Shown: one piece after another, positions 54,101-61,706 of the stretch
Layout of the letters: the number at the start of each line of letters is the position of its first letter
How positions within the stretch are numbered: position 1 is the first letter of the stretch
NCBI GenBank assembly: GCA_964390005.1
Contig: CAYMGM010000003.1
Location: forward strand, 81,758-145,757
Direction of reading: 5' to 3'
Origin: an uncultured Rhodospirillaceae bacterium
GTDB taxonomy: Bacteria > Pseudomonadota > Alphaproteobacteria > UBA9219
Length of the DNA stretch: 64,000 nucleotides
The notes under the pieces: generated by a model
What the model saw: only the letters and a program-made list of their open reading frames with translations
Told to the model about the DNA's origin: nothing
Database searches by the model: none
Made by a program: the position numbers and the translations under genes

Positions 54101-57100
54101 TTCATCGGGCAGTGAAAACACCGCGGCCGGTTTCATGGGGATGGCGTCGAATACGACCGGCAACAACAACACGGCGCTGGGTGCTTATGCGTTGTACAAT
54201 TCGGCGACGCGGACGACTGGGAATAACAACACGGCCATCGGATATCAGGTCGGCTCGAAAACGCTTGTTTCGGGGTCGGGTAATATCTTGATCGGCACGT
54301 CAAGCTTGACCGATGTGCCATCGGCGACCACCAACAATTGGATGAACATCGGCAACACGCTTTATGCCGATCTGTCGGCGGGCAATGTCGGCTTTGGCAA
54401 CGCTACGATCCATACGGGTGTGTCGGTCGATATGGGGTCGCGCGTGGATAGCTTGCTTTTGCCGACAGGTACGACGGGGCAACGTCCGGGCTCGGGCGTG
54501 CAGGGGATGATGCGCTATAACAGCTCGATCGGCCAGTTAGAGGCTTATACGGCGTCGGGTTGGGCGACAATTTTGTCGAACACATCAACGAGCACGGCGG
54601 ATGTCTTTTTAGGCAGTACGGCGGCTTTAACCAACCCGCATCGTAATGGCGATGCGACGACGGGTCTGTTCAGTCCTGTGGCGGGAACGGTGGCCATTTC
54701 AACCGCCGGTACGGAAGCGCTGCGCGTGAGCGCAACAGGATCCGTGGGGATTGGGACGACGGCGCCTAGCGCGTCGCTGGATGTCCGTGGTGGGGCGTTC
54801 ATTTCTTCTGCAAATGACGGTATCGTCAGAATAGGTTCGGATTCAAACGGTGAGATTGAGATTGGAAATATTGGGCGTTCAACGTCAGGACAGCCTTATA
54901 TCGATTTCCATAGCTCGGTGAACTCGCCGGATTATGACGTGCGTTTGCAGGCCTCGGGCGGGACAACAACCAGCGGGATGGCTGATTTTCTGATTTTGGC
55001 GCAGCGCGTCACGGTCGGGTCGGGAGCCCCTACCGCGGGTGCTGGCCTTGATCTTAGCAGCCGGACGGGGACGGCTTATAGCTCGATGATTGTGCCAAAA
55101 GACACGACGGCGAACCGGCCTTCAGCCGGTGTTGCAGGTATGCTGCGTTACAACACGACGCTTGGCATGTTCGAAGCCTATACGGCCTCGGGTTGGTCGA
55201 CCATCTTGGCGAACACGGCCACGAACTCGCCCGACATCTATTTGGGGCCGGGCGCGACGCAAACAAATCCGCATGTCAGCGGGGATATCACAACGGGTCT
55301 TTTCAGTGGCGCGGCCAGTACGGTTGGCATCGCAACCGCGGGCGTTGAGCGCTTGCGCGTGACCGCGACGGGAAGCGTCGGGATTGGGACGACGGCACCG
55401 TTAGAACGGCTTCATGTTGCATATGCTGGAAACACAACAGCTTTAATTGATTCAATGGCGACCTCTCGCATATCTCAAGTGGCCTTTATCCGCGGATCTG
55501 GTAATGCGACATATATTGGGCCTACAGCATCAAACACAATGGACTTCTGGTCTTATGAGACTATTCCATTCCGCTTTGCTATTAATAATGCTGAGGTCAT
55601 GCGTATTACCACGACGGGAAGCGTTGGGATTGGAACGACAACACCGGCCTATCCACTCGATGTAAATGGGTCGGCACGAGTTACCGGCAATATCTTTGGG
55701 ATCCAAAACGGATATGGGATTTATTCAGATACGGCTTATTCAACTGGGGCGGGGATTCAGGTTTTAGGAACAACAGCCTCAACCCCCAATACCTTGTCTT
55801 TTTGGACAGGAGCTGCCGCACTCGCGGAGCGTATGCGTATCACAGCGACCGGCAGTGTCGGTATCGGAACGGCGTCGCCGCTTTATATGCTGGATGTCGC
55901 GGGCGGTATCCGGTCAAGCGGCGAAATCATTTCCACGAGCGCCAATCAATTCCGCATGGTCTATGGAAGCTATGGTGCGTTTTGGCGCAATGATGGATCG
56001 AATACGTATCTGTTGTTGACGGCTTCAGGGGATCAATACGGGACTTGGAATACGTTGCGTCCGTTCCAAGTTAACAACGTGACGGGGAATGTGACCGTCG
56101 GAACGAACGCCTATTTTGGTTCTAATCTTGGGATCGGGACGGCGACGACGAGTGCAGGAGCCTCTTTGGATATGGGCTCTAAAACGGATAGCATCTTGAT
56201 GCCCAAAGGTACGACGGCTCAACGTCCGGCGACCGGGCTTGCGGGTATGGCACGTTACAACAGCTCAATCGGGCAGTTGGAGGCTTATACAGCGTCAGGG
56301 TGGGTCACGATTTTGGCGAATACGGCAACCAGCTCGCCGGATGTGTATTTGGGTAGCGCAACAAGCGCGACGAATCCGCATGTGAATGGCGACGTGACAA
56401 CAGGATTGTTTTCGCCTGCGGCAAGTAACGTCGCTATTGCAACGGCGGGGACAGAGCGGTTGCGTGTGACCGCGACGGGGAGCGTTGGGGTTGGAACGAC
56501 AGCCCCCGCCTATACTTTTGACGTTACAGGCCAAGGTCGGTTTTTATCTTCTGTTGGAGTCGGTGGTGCGCCGCTCGGCTATTCGGCATTTAGTGTCGCC
56601 GGCGAAAGTACAATGAACAGCCAGGATGGGAATGGTCTTTTCAACATTGTTGCTGGTGGGTATCAAGCCGTAGCGGGAAGCACATATGTTTATACCAATA
56701 CACGTGGCGCTTCGCGGTTGCTATTGGCTGATGCTAACATTGGTTTGTTCGCTGGTGGTGCAAACGGTACGGGGTCTGCAGGAACGACCATCTCATGGAC
56801 GCAGCTTGCTGATATGACCGGGTCTGATCATATTTGGTTAAGCCCGCGCGGGACCTCGACCGATTTCTATATGACCTCTACTGGGGGTATTGGTATTGGG
56901 ACGGCGACGCCACTTGCAACGTTGAATATTAAATCATCTTACAGCTGTTGCGGTGCGGCGGGAAGTTCGGGTACGTCGGCTCTTGCCATCGATGGAGCGG
57001 TCAATGACTTGGCTCTTCGGCTTTATAACTCAGCGACTGGTGGTCGTGATTGGCGTTTGCTGTCTTCAGGCGGTGGTACAGGCGTTGGGGTTGGTAACTT

Positions 57101-58607
57101 TAACATTTATGACGTTTCCGCAGGAGCGACGCGCTTGAGTATCTCAGCAACAGGATACGTGGGTATTGGAATGACGGCGCCGAAAGCCTATCTTGATATT
57201 GGTACATTGTATTCCTGTTGTGCGACGCAGACGCCGACGCTTGGGATTTCTGAGAACTCGACTTCAAATAGTCGAATGCCGTGGATCCAGTTCCATGCAG
57301 CGGGTAAAGCAGAGGCCTTCTTGCGATTGCAGACGGCGAATCGTACCCTTGAAATTGGTGATAACCAAGCAGTCGGTGCGGGGCTTGCAATTATGAAACC
57401 TGACTTGTCTGGACGAAATGTATACTTATCATCGGGTGACTCAAGTTACATCTTAGGAACATTAGGTGTTGGAACCTCGTCTCCAGGGGTTAACTTTGAT
57501 CTTCAATCAAATAATCCGTATACAGCCATGAGAATTGGCGCTGCATCGACACCAACGATTCAGTTCCTATCTTCTTGGGGCGGCACAGATGTTAAGTATT
57601 GGGATATGTATGCAAACTCGTTTAATTTTATATTCCGTGCTGTCAGTGATGATTTTATGAACAACACAACGTGGCTTCAAGTTAATCGAGGTGGAACGTA
57701 CGGGTATAGCGTTAGCTCGATTTCATTTCCAAGTGCAGCTCCCGTCGGTATTGGGACATCTAGCCCGACGCATAAGTTGCATGTTTATAACCCAGCGGGA
57801 GGCGCTCGGACGGGGTACCATCAAGGGATGGGTGGCGTTGGTGATGTTTATATCACCGACAACAACGCTATCCTTTCCTCAAACGTTTACTACAATGGGG
57901 CATGGTATAATACGGCGGCTGGAATGGGAACCATTATAGATTTCTCGAATGGTACCCTAAACATTCAAACGACAGCATCGGCAGCGGCTGGGGCAACCCC
58001 GACAACCACATCGCGACTCTATATGACCAATGCAGGGTTCTTGGGCCTTAATGCGGGCGTGCCAACCTATCCCGTCCAAGTCGGGACCACGACATCGAAC
58101 GGGAACGGCGCTTTCCTTGATCCTGCCGGTGTTTGGACCAACGCATCTGATGCGCGCAGCAAAGAGAACGTGCATGAAGTGCCCTATGGTCTTGAGACGC
58201 TGATGAAGTTGAAACCCGTTGCCTATGAAATGAAAGGCACGCATCAAAAGCAGATCGGCTTTATCGCGCAGGAAGTCGCCAAAGTGGTGCCAGAAGTCAC
58301 GTCGGTCAGCGATAAGGGCTGGTACGGGTTGAGTTACGGCAACATGACGGCGATTACCGTGAAGGCTATTCAGGAAATGAAGGTCGAAAACGACAGGCTG
58401 GCTGCCGAAGTCGCGCGGTTGAAAGACCAAGGTCAAGACGTGCGGGCAGGTCGCGATGGCGGACGGACCGATGCGTTGACCGCTGAAGTTGCCGAGCTGC
58501 ACCGGACCGTCACGCTGCTGATCTGGGGGCTTGGCGAGCTGGCCATTATCGCTTTGGGCGGCGTGGGCGCGGCGATCTTCTTTGCCGCGCGACGGCGAAG
58601 GCGGTAA
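51147..58607 (+). CDS. Giant (about 2,486 aa) fibre protein: prepilin/pseudopilin-like N-terminus, tail-fibre-type repeats, C-terminal S74 intramolecular-chaperone domain and TM anchor
   Basis: Single ORF; the track starts it at 50979, and I prefer ATG 51147 or 51132. N-terminus KRRG-FAIAPILYLLMMIGVAAGM, then LDPWGHYYIY...IITAGPSGT. YGGTGAS...ARNNLG plus six ARxxLGAGxxGxxLF repeats. N(T/V)AxGxxAL repeats. Four modules with GT(T)xQRP...G(M)xRYN....LEAYTASGW. C-terminus ASDARSKENV...IGFIAQEVAKVVPEV...AITVKAIQEM (Peptidase_S74-like). Final LLIWGLGELAIIALGGVGAAIFFAARRRRR. Confidence 0.85.
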   Translation: MTHSRIFCASERSDLPSSKRRGFAIAPILYLLMMIGVAAGMLFSSFSQVLHSNINTTNMLTAKNDINAIATALSASSGVSEGLVCTPPSSAAAATGACATATIRNLLVPLASADAAHLPKNKEALAGSGGNPPAEYGVLSADAGVKQLDPWGHYYIYCRWNTAVLNDMNKQVIKIITAGPSGTLQSTCDDGGNNANAVGDNQVISLTGNMIKQRASVWVNQGQNATYGTTDAQVLVTATGGMEAIKASVAGLVAQTATIGSFHGQNGHFDSLTLGTPLDIAYGGTGASDSLHARNNLGSGAIGDSLFVSTTATDARATLEAGAIGGSLFVAGTATEARSVLEAGAVGGSVFVAATTTSARDALGAGAIGHQLFTSTSQSGARSDLGAGTTGDSLFQASDPHAGRSVLGAGTVGEGVFQSMTYAAAWAALGLTGGSGTLQVNVTGQAGTVPATGIVGIVSISQGGTGASSAASARTNLGADNASNLTTGTLSVSRLADNSITSAKLTTTGVTAQTYNWGTVDAAGRVTEANDVVLGNLTDGSGDGIAASTSGGGSLTFMTASTVWMTLDSNGYLGLNVANPGERLHVNVGNIRVSGPAATARDLQFTTSTSSLRWVLGTDSTAESGSNAGSNFFLNRYSDAGGALGTVLAITRSTGAASFSGTVASTGGFNGNLTGNVTGQISLPDGTVGAPSMNFQNNANMGLYRPGASAMAFVTGGAERLRLSATAGIGIGTTAPRVALDIGSLTDAMVLPVGTTAQRPGSNFAGAVRYNTTIPSLEVNNGSGWSSLITSTSSMSSGVILGASAAATNPQRSGDATTGLFSAAAGTVSVASSSAEVARFSATGLNLPGLTTAYSIAGSKVAALPGSDTTSLALGPNALAAQNTTSLNNVAVGSQAATSLLSGHENVAVGVQALYTTTTGYQNVAVGTHALYTDSSGAQNLAAGYEALYKNTTGSDNVASGARALYSNQGGNNNATLGYEAMYYNSSGSENTAAGFMGMASNTTGNNNTALGAYALYNSATRTTGNNNTAIGYQVGSKTLVSGSGNILIGTSSLTDVPSATTNNWMNIGNTLYADLSAGNVGFGNATIHTGVSVDMGSRVDSLLLPTGTTGQRPGSGVQGMMRYNSSIGQLEAYTASGWATILSNTSTSTADVFLGSTAALTNPHRNGDATTGLFSPVAGTVAISTAGTEALRVSATGSVGIGTTAPSASLDVRGGAFISSANDGIVRIGSDSNGEIEIGNIGRSTSGQPYIDFHSSVNSPDYDVRLQASGGTTTSGMADFLILAQRVTVGSGAPTAGAGLDLSSRTGTAYSSMIVPKDTTANRPSAGVAGMLRYNTTLGMFEAYTASGWSTILANTATNSPDIYLGPGATQTNPHVSGDITTGLFSGAASTVGIATAGVERLRVTATGSVGIGTTAPLERLHVAYAGNTTALIDSMATSRISQVAFIRGSGNATYIGPTASNTMDFWSYETIPFRFAINNAEVMRITTTGSVGIGTTTPAYPLDVNGSARVTGNIFGIQNGYGIYSDTAYSTGAGIQVLGTTASTPNTLSFWTGAAALAERMRITATGSVGIGTASPLYMLDVAGGIRSSGEIISTSANQFRMVYGSYGAFWRNDGSNTYLLLTASGDQYGTWNTLRPFQVNNVTGNVTVGTNAYFGSNLGIGTATTSAGASLDMGSKTDSILMPKGTTAQRPATGLAGMARYNSSIGQLEAYTASGWVTILANTATSSPDVYLGSATSATNPHVNGDVTTGLFSPAASNVAIATAGTERLRVTATGSVGVGTTAPAYTFDVTGQGRFLSSVGVGGAPLGYSAFSVAGESTMNSQDGNGLFNIVAGGYQAVAGSTYVYTNTRGASRLLLADANIGLFAGGANGTGSAGTTISWTQLADMTGSDHIWLSPRGTSTDFYMTSTGGIGIGTATPLATLNIKSSYSCCGAAGSSGTSALAIDGAVNDLALRLYNSATGGRDWRLLSSGGGTGVGVGNFNIYDVSAGATRLSISATGYVGIGMTAPKAYLDIGTLYSCCATQTPTLGISENSTSNSRMPWIQFHAAGKAEAFLRLQTANRTLEIGDNQAVGAGLAIMKPDLSGRNVYLSSGDSSYILGTLGVGTSSPGVNFDLQSNNPYTAMRIGAASTPTIQFLSSWGGTDVKYWDMYANSFNFIFRAVSDDFMNNTTWLQVNRGGTYGYSVSSISFPSAAPVGIGTSSPTHKLHVYNPAGGARTGYHQGMGGVGDVYITDNNAILSSNVYYNGAWYNTAAGMGTIIDFSNGTLNIQTTASAAAGATPTTTSRLYMTNAGFLGLNAGVPTYPVQVGTTTSNGNGAFLDPAGVWTNASDARSKENVHEVPYGLETLMKLKPVAYEMKGTHQKQIGFIAQEVAKVVPEVTSVSDKGWYGLSYGNMTAITVKAIQEMKVENDRLAAEVARLKDQGQDVRAGRDGGRTDALTAEVAELHRTVTLLIWGLGELAIIALGGVGAAIFFAARRRRR

Positions 58608-58645
58608 GAGGGGATTCAGCATCTAGCATGCAGCATTCGGGAAGG

Positions 58646-58672
58646 GGGGCGCGTGAGCGCCCCTTTTCTTTT
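58646..58672 (+). terminator. Intrinsic terminator after the giant ORF
   Basis: GGGGCGC-GTGA-GCGCCCC hairpin followed by TTTTCTTTT. Confidence 0.8.
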
Positions 58673-58729
58673 GGTTTGGGGGATGGTATTTCTGGACTGG
58701 GGGTGTCAGGGTTCCCGGATAGGCCCTCT

Positions 58730-58754
58730 GGATCCCCGCCTCCGCGGGGATGAC
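58730..58754. repeat. REP-like GC-rich palindromic element (single copy in the window)
   Basis: GGATCCCCGCCTCCGCGGGGATGAC with the hairpin TCCCCGC-CTCC-GCGGGGA. Its reverse complement would read VIPAEAGI, resembling the palindromic intergenic elements that produce spurious (V/W)IPAxAG(I/M) ORFs in various proteobacteria. Confidence 0.35.
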
Positions 58755-58853
58755 ATAATTTTTCTGGGGCGGGCTTTTTGTTTCGAAGCTTGCCTTTCTT
58801 CCTCCCTGAATGCAGGACCTGTCCTGCGAAGCTTTAGCGTAGCAGGATGCTCA

Positions 58854-59570
58854 ATGCCGCATGCTTCTTCCCCCTCCCTTGTCGTTTTAACCGGCGCCGG
58901 TATTTCCGCCGAATCTGGCGTGCCGACGTTTCGGGGGCCTGATGGTTTGTGGTGCGGCGCGCGCGTTGAAGATGTCGCGACGGCTCAAGCCGTTCGGTTC
59001 AATCGGCCTTACGTCAATCAGTTTTTTAACAAGCTGCGCGTCGAGGCCGATAAGGTTCAACCTAATCCGGCGCATGTGGCTTTGGCCGATCTCGAGGCGC
59101 GGTGGCCGGGGCCGTTTTTATTAGTCACGCAAAATATCGATCCCTTGCACCAAAAAGCGGGCAGTCGAAACGTGATCGCGATGCATGGCTCGCTTTATCG
59201 CGTGGCTTGCGATGCGTGTGGGGCGGTCATGGATTGGCAGACCGATCTGTTTGTCGAAACGCCTTGCCCCGCGTGCGGTAAGACGGGCGGTTTACGGCCC
59301 GATATCACGCTGTTTGGCGAAATGCCAAAAGAGATGGACCGGATCAGCGAGGCGTTGCTTTCCTGCGCTATTTTTATCGCAATCGGGACGTCAGGCGTTG
59401 TTTATCCGGCGGCGGGGTTTGTCGATTTGGCGCTGCATGCCGGGGCGCGGACGATTGAGGTCAATTTGGCTGAGACCGAGCGATCGCTCGCCTTTGCCGA
59501 GAGGCTGACAGGCCCCGCGGGACAGGTTGTGCCTAAGCTGGCCGCGCAGCTTTTGGCGACGGTGCGTTGA
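58854..59570 (+). CDS. cobB: NAD-dependent protein deacylase (Sir2/CobB family)
   Basis: Start re-picked at MPHASSPSLVVLTGAGISAESGVPTFRG. QNIDPLHQKAG, HGS and zinc ribbon CDACG...CPACG. Short single-domain form. Confidence 0.9.
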   Translation: MPHASSPSLVVLTGAGISAESGVPTFRGPDGLWCGARVEDVATAQAVRFNRPYVNQFFNKLRVEADKVQPNPAHVALADLEARWPGPFLLVTQNIDPLHQKAGSRNVIAMHGSLYRVACDACGAVMDWQTDLFVETPCPACGKTGGLRPDITLFGEMPKEMDRISEALLSCAIFIAIGTSGVVYPAAGFVDLALHAGARTIEVNLAETERSLAFAERLTGPAGQVVPKLAAQLLATVR

Positions 59571-59671
59571 AAAAGTCGTAAGCCCTTGTCCTTTCGGGTG
59601 AAAAGGGCTTGTTGCGCGGGGCGTTGTGTGTCAGGAATGAAAACGGTTCTTTGCACGTGGATGAGCTTCAC

Positions 59672-60619
59672 ATGACCTTTGCCGACAATGATAACACATC
59701 GGATCTGCCGCCATCTTTGGACCGGCATCGCATTGTTATGCTTTCTGGCATGTCGGGCGCCGGGATTTCGACGGCGCTGAAGACCTTTGAAGATCTGGGG
59801 TACGAGGCTGTCGACAATCTGCGTTTGAGCCTTATTCCCGCTTTGCTGGAAGAGCATCTGGAATCGGAAGCCCCCGCGCTGGCCGTTGCGATCGACACGC
59901 GCGTGGCGGCTTTTTCGGCCTCTGATTTTCTTGAAATGGTCGAGATGCTGCGTGAACGCGACGATTTGGATGTGCGCTTTCTTTTCTTGGATTGCGCCGA
60001 TGACAAATTGCAACGCCGTTTTACCGAAACGCGGCGGCGACATCCGCTGGCGATTGATCGCCCCGTGACCGATGGGATCGACAAAGAACGCATCATTTTG
60101 TCGCCGCTTCATGACGTCGCCGACCACGTCATCGATACGTCTCTTTTAACGCTTCATGATCTGCGCCGCTTGATTGTCGGCGCGTATAAGCTTGAGACGG
60201 TGCCTGTTTTATCGCTTTTTGTGACGTCTTTTTCGTATCGCCAAGGCTTGCCGCGCGAAGCCGATTTGGTCTTTGATGCGCGCTTTTTGGCCAATCCCTA
60301 TTGGGATCCCAAATTGCGGGCTTTGTCGGGGCTGGATCAGCCCGTGGCCGATTATGTGCGCGCCGATCCCGATTATCAGGCTTTTTTTGAGCGCGTGACG
60401 GGGCTGCTTTTGCCGCTTTTGCCGCGGTTTTTGCAAGAGGGCAAAAGCTATTTGACCATTGCTGTCGGATGTACGGGCGGACGGCATCGTTCCGTATTCG
60501 TTGCAGAAGAGTTGGCAAATTTTCTTGCGCTTCACGACTATGTTGTGGGGGTTGGACACCGCGATCTTGAAAGAAGTGCAAGCCGTCAAGCGCCGCCGCC
60601 GCCCAGTGAATCTAATTGA
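59672..60619 (+). CDS. rapZ: RNase adapter protein RapZ (YhbJ-type P-loop NTPase)
   Basis: IVMLSGMSGAGISTALKTFEDLGYEAVDNL (Walker A) and AVGCTGGRHRSV in the C-terminal domain. Confidence 0.9.
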   Translation: MTFADNDNTSDLPPSLDRHRIVMLSGMSGAGISTALKTFEDLGYEAVDNLRLSLIPALLEEHLESEAPALAVAIDTRVAAFSASDFLEMVEMLRERDDLDVRFLFLDCADDKLQRRFTETRRRHPLAIDRPVTDGIDKERIILSPLHDVADHVIDTSLLTLHDLRRLIVGAYKLETVPVLSLFVTSFSYRQGLPREADLVFDARFLANPYWDPKLRALSGLDQPVADYVRADPDYQAFFERVTGLLLPLLPRFLQEGKSYLTIAVGCTGGRHRSVFVAEELANFLALHDYVVGVGHRDLERSASRQAPPPPSESN

Positions 60620-60683
60620 ATCTTATGCTGAAATGGGCGTCTTCGTGCTTCCCTCGGGGCGCTAACTGCTTTAAAACACTTCC

Positions 60684-61631
60684 ATGAATCAGCACGAAGC
60701 GGATCCTGTAGATCTTAAGGGCGGCGTTTTGGCCCTTGGCAATTTCGATGGCGTTCATCGAGGCCACCAAGCCTTGATCAAAGCCGCGCTGGATAGTGCG
60801 CGCCGTCGCGAAATGCGCGTGCGTGTTCTGACGTTCGAGCCTCATCCCCGTAGTGTTTTTGCGCCAGAAAATCCGCCGTTTCGTTTGACGCCCGCCAAAG
60901 AGAAAAACAGGCTTTTGATGGCTCAGGGGATCGATGGGGTCGAAACCTTGCCTTTTTCTTTGGCGTTTTCGGAAATGCCTGCCTCTGTTTTTGTCGAAAC
61001 GATTTTGCTGCAGCGCTTTGGGGCCGAGCATCTTGTCGCTGGGTTTGATTTTACTTTTGGCCACCGCCGCAGCGGCGATATGGCCTCGCTACGGGTCGCG
61101 TTGGCGCCGCATAAAATTGAGGTCACAGAAATCGCGCCGCTTCGCGATCAAAGCGGAACAATCATTTCGTCGTCGCGAATTCGGAACCTTTTGCAAAAAG
61201 GCGACGTGCAGGCTGTTCAGCCTCTTTTGGGGCGGCCTTGGGCCATTGCTGGGCGTGTTATTCAAGGGGCTCAGCGCGGGCGGACGTTGGACTTTCCAAC
61301 CGCGAACGTCGAACTGGGCGACTATCTGCGGCCTCATTACGGCGCTTATGCTGTTTTGGCGCGGCGGCGGGGCGATACGACCTTTTTGCCCGGGATTGCC
61401 AATATTGGCGTGCGTCCGACGGTGGAAGAGGGGCATGAGATCCTTGAATTCCATCTTTTTAACATTCATGCCGATCTCTATGGGCAAGAGTGGGAAGTCG
61501 AATTGCATCATTTTCTGCGGCCAGAGCGCGTTTTTTCCAGCCTTTCGGCCCTGCGTGAGCAGATTGTGGCCGATGTTCTGCGGGCGCGGGCGCTGCTGTC
61601 TTGCCCGCCAGGGCCCAGTATCGGCCTTTGA
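60684..61631 (+). CDS. ribF: Bifunctional riboflavin kinase / FMN adenylyltransferase
   Basis: LALGNFDGVHRGHQALI, and the riboflavin kinase part GRVIQGAQRGRTLDFPTAN...GVRPT. Confidence 0.93.
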   Translation: MNQHEADPVDLKGGVLALGNFDGVHRGHQALIKAALDSARRREMRVRVLTFEPHPRSVFAPENPPFRLTPAKEKNRLLMAQGIDGVETLPFSLAFSEMPASVFVETILLQRFGAEHLVAGFDFTFGHRRSGDMASLRVALAPHKIEVTEIAPLRDQSGTIISSSRIRNLLQKGDVQAVQPLLGRPWAIAGRVIQGAQRGRTLDFPTANVELGDYLRPHYGAYAVLARRRGDTTFLPGIANIGVRPTVEEGHEILEFHLFNIHADLYGQEWEVELHHFLRPERVFSSLSALREQIVADVLRARALLSCPPGPSIGL

Positions 61632-61706
61632 TTTTTGACAAACAATTGATTTGTCTGGCCTTTCTTTCCTTTGAAAGTTTTGCGCTTTCCGCCGTGGGCT
61701 GTTTTG

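Noticed and set aside
51147-58607. Prophage or GTA structural cluster around the tail-fibre-like gene
   Set aside because: No capsid, portal, terminase, tape-measure, baseplate, integrase or lysis genes occur within about 8 kb upstream or the 5.4 kb remaining downstream. The neighbours are DUF2336, apt, cobB, rapZ and ribF.
57957-58622. 221-aa minus-strand ORF at the end of the giant gene
   Set aside because: Antisense to the S74-chaperone-encoding frame; no motifs.
58854-59570. SIR2-domain gene as a possible NAD-depleting defence module
   Set aside because: It is a short single-domain CobB-type sirtuin with the usual zinc ribbon. It has no fused sensor or effector domain, and its neighbours are housekeeping genes (rapZ, ribF). 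No defence-type partner gene is adjacent.
59402-60127. 241-aa minus-strand ORF spanning the cobB-rapZ junction
   Set aside because: It crosses an intergenic region and is antisense to two well-supported genes.
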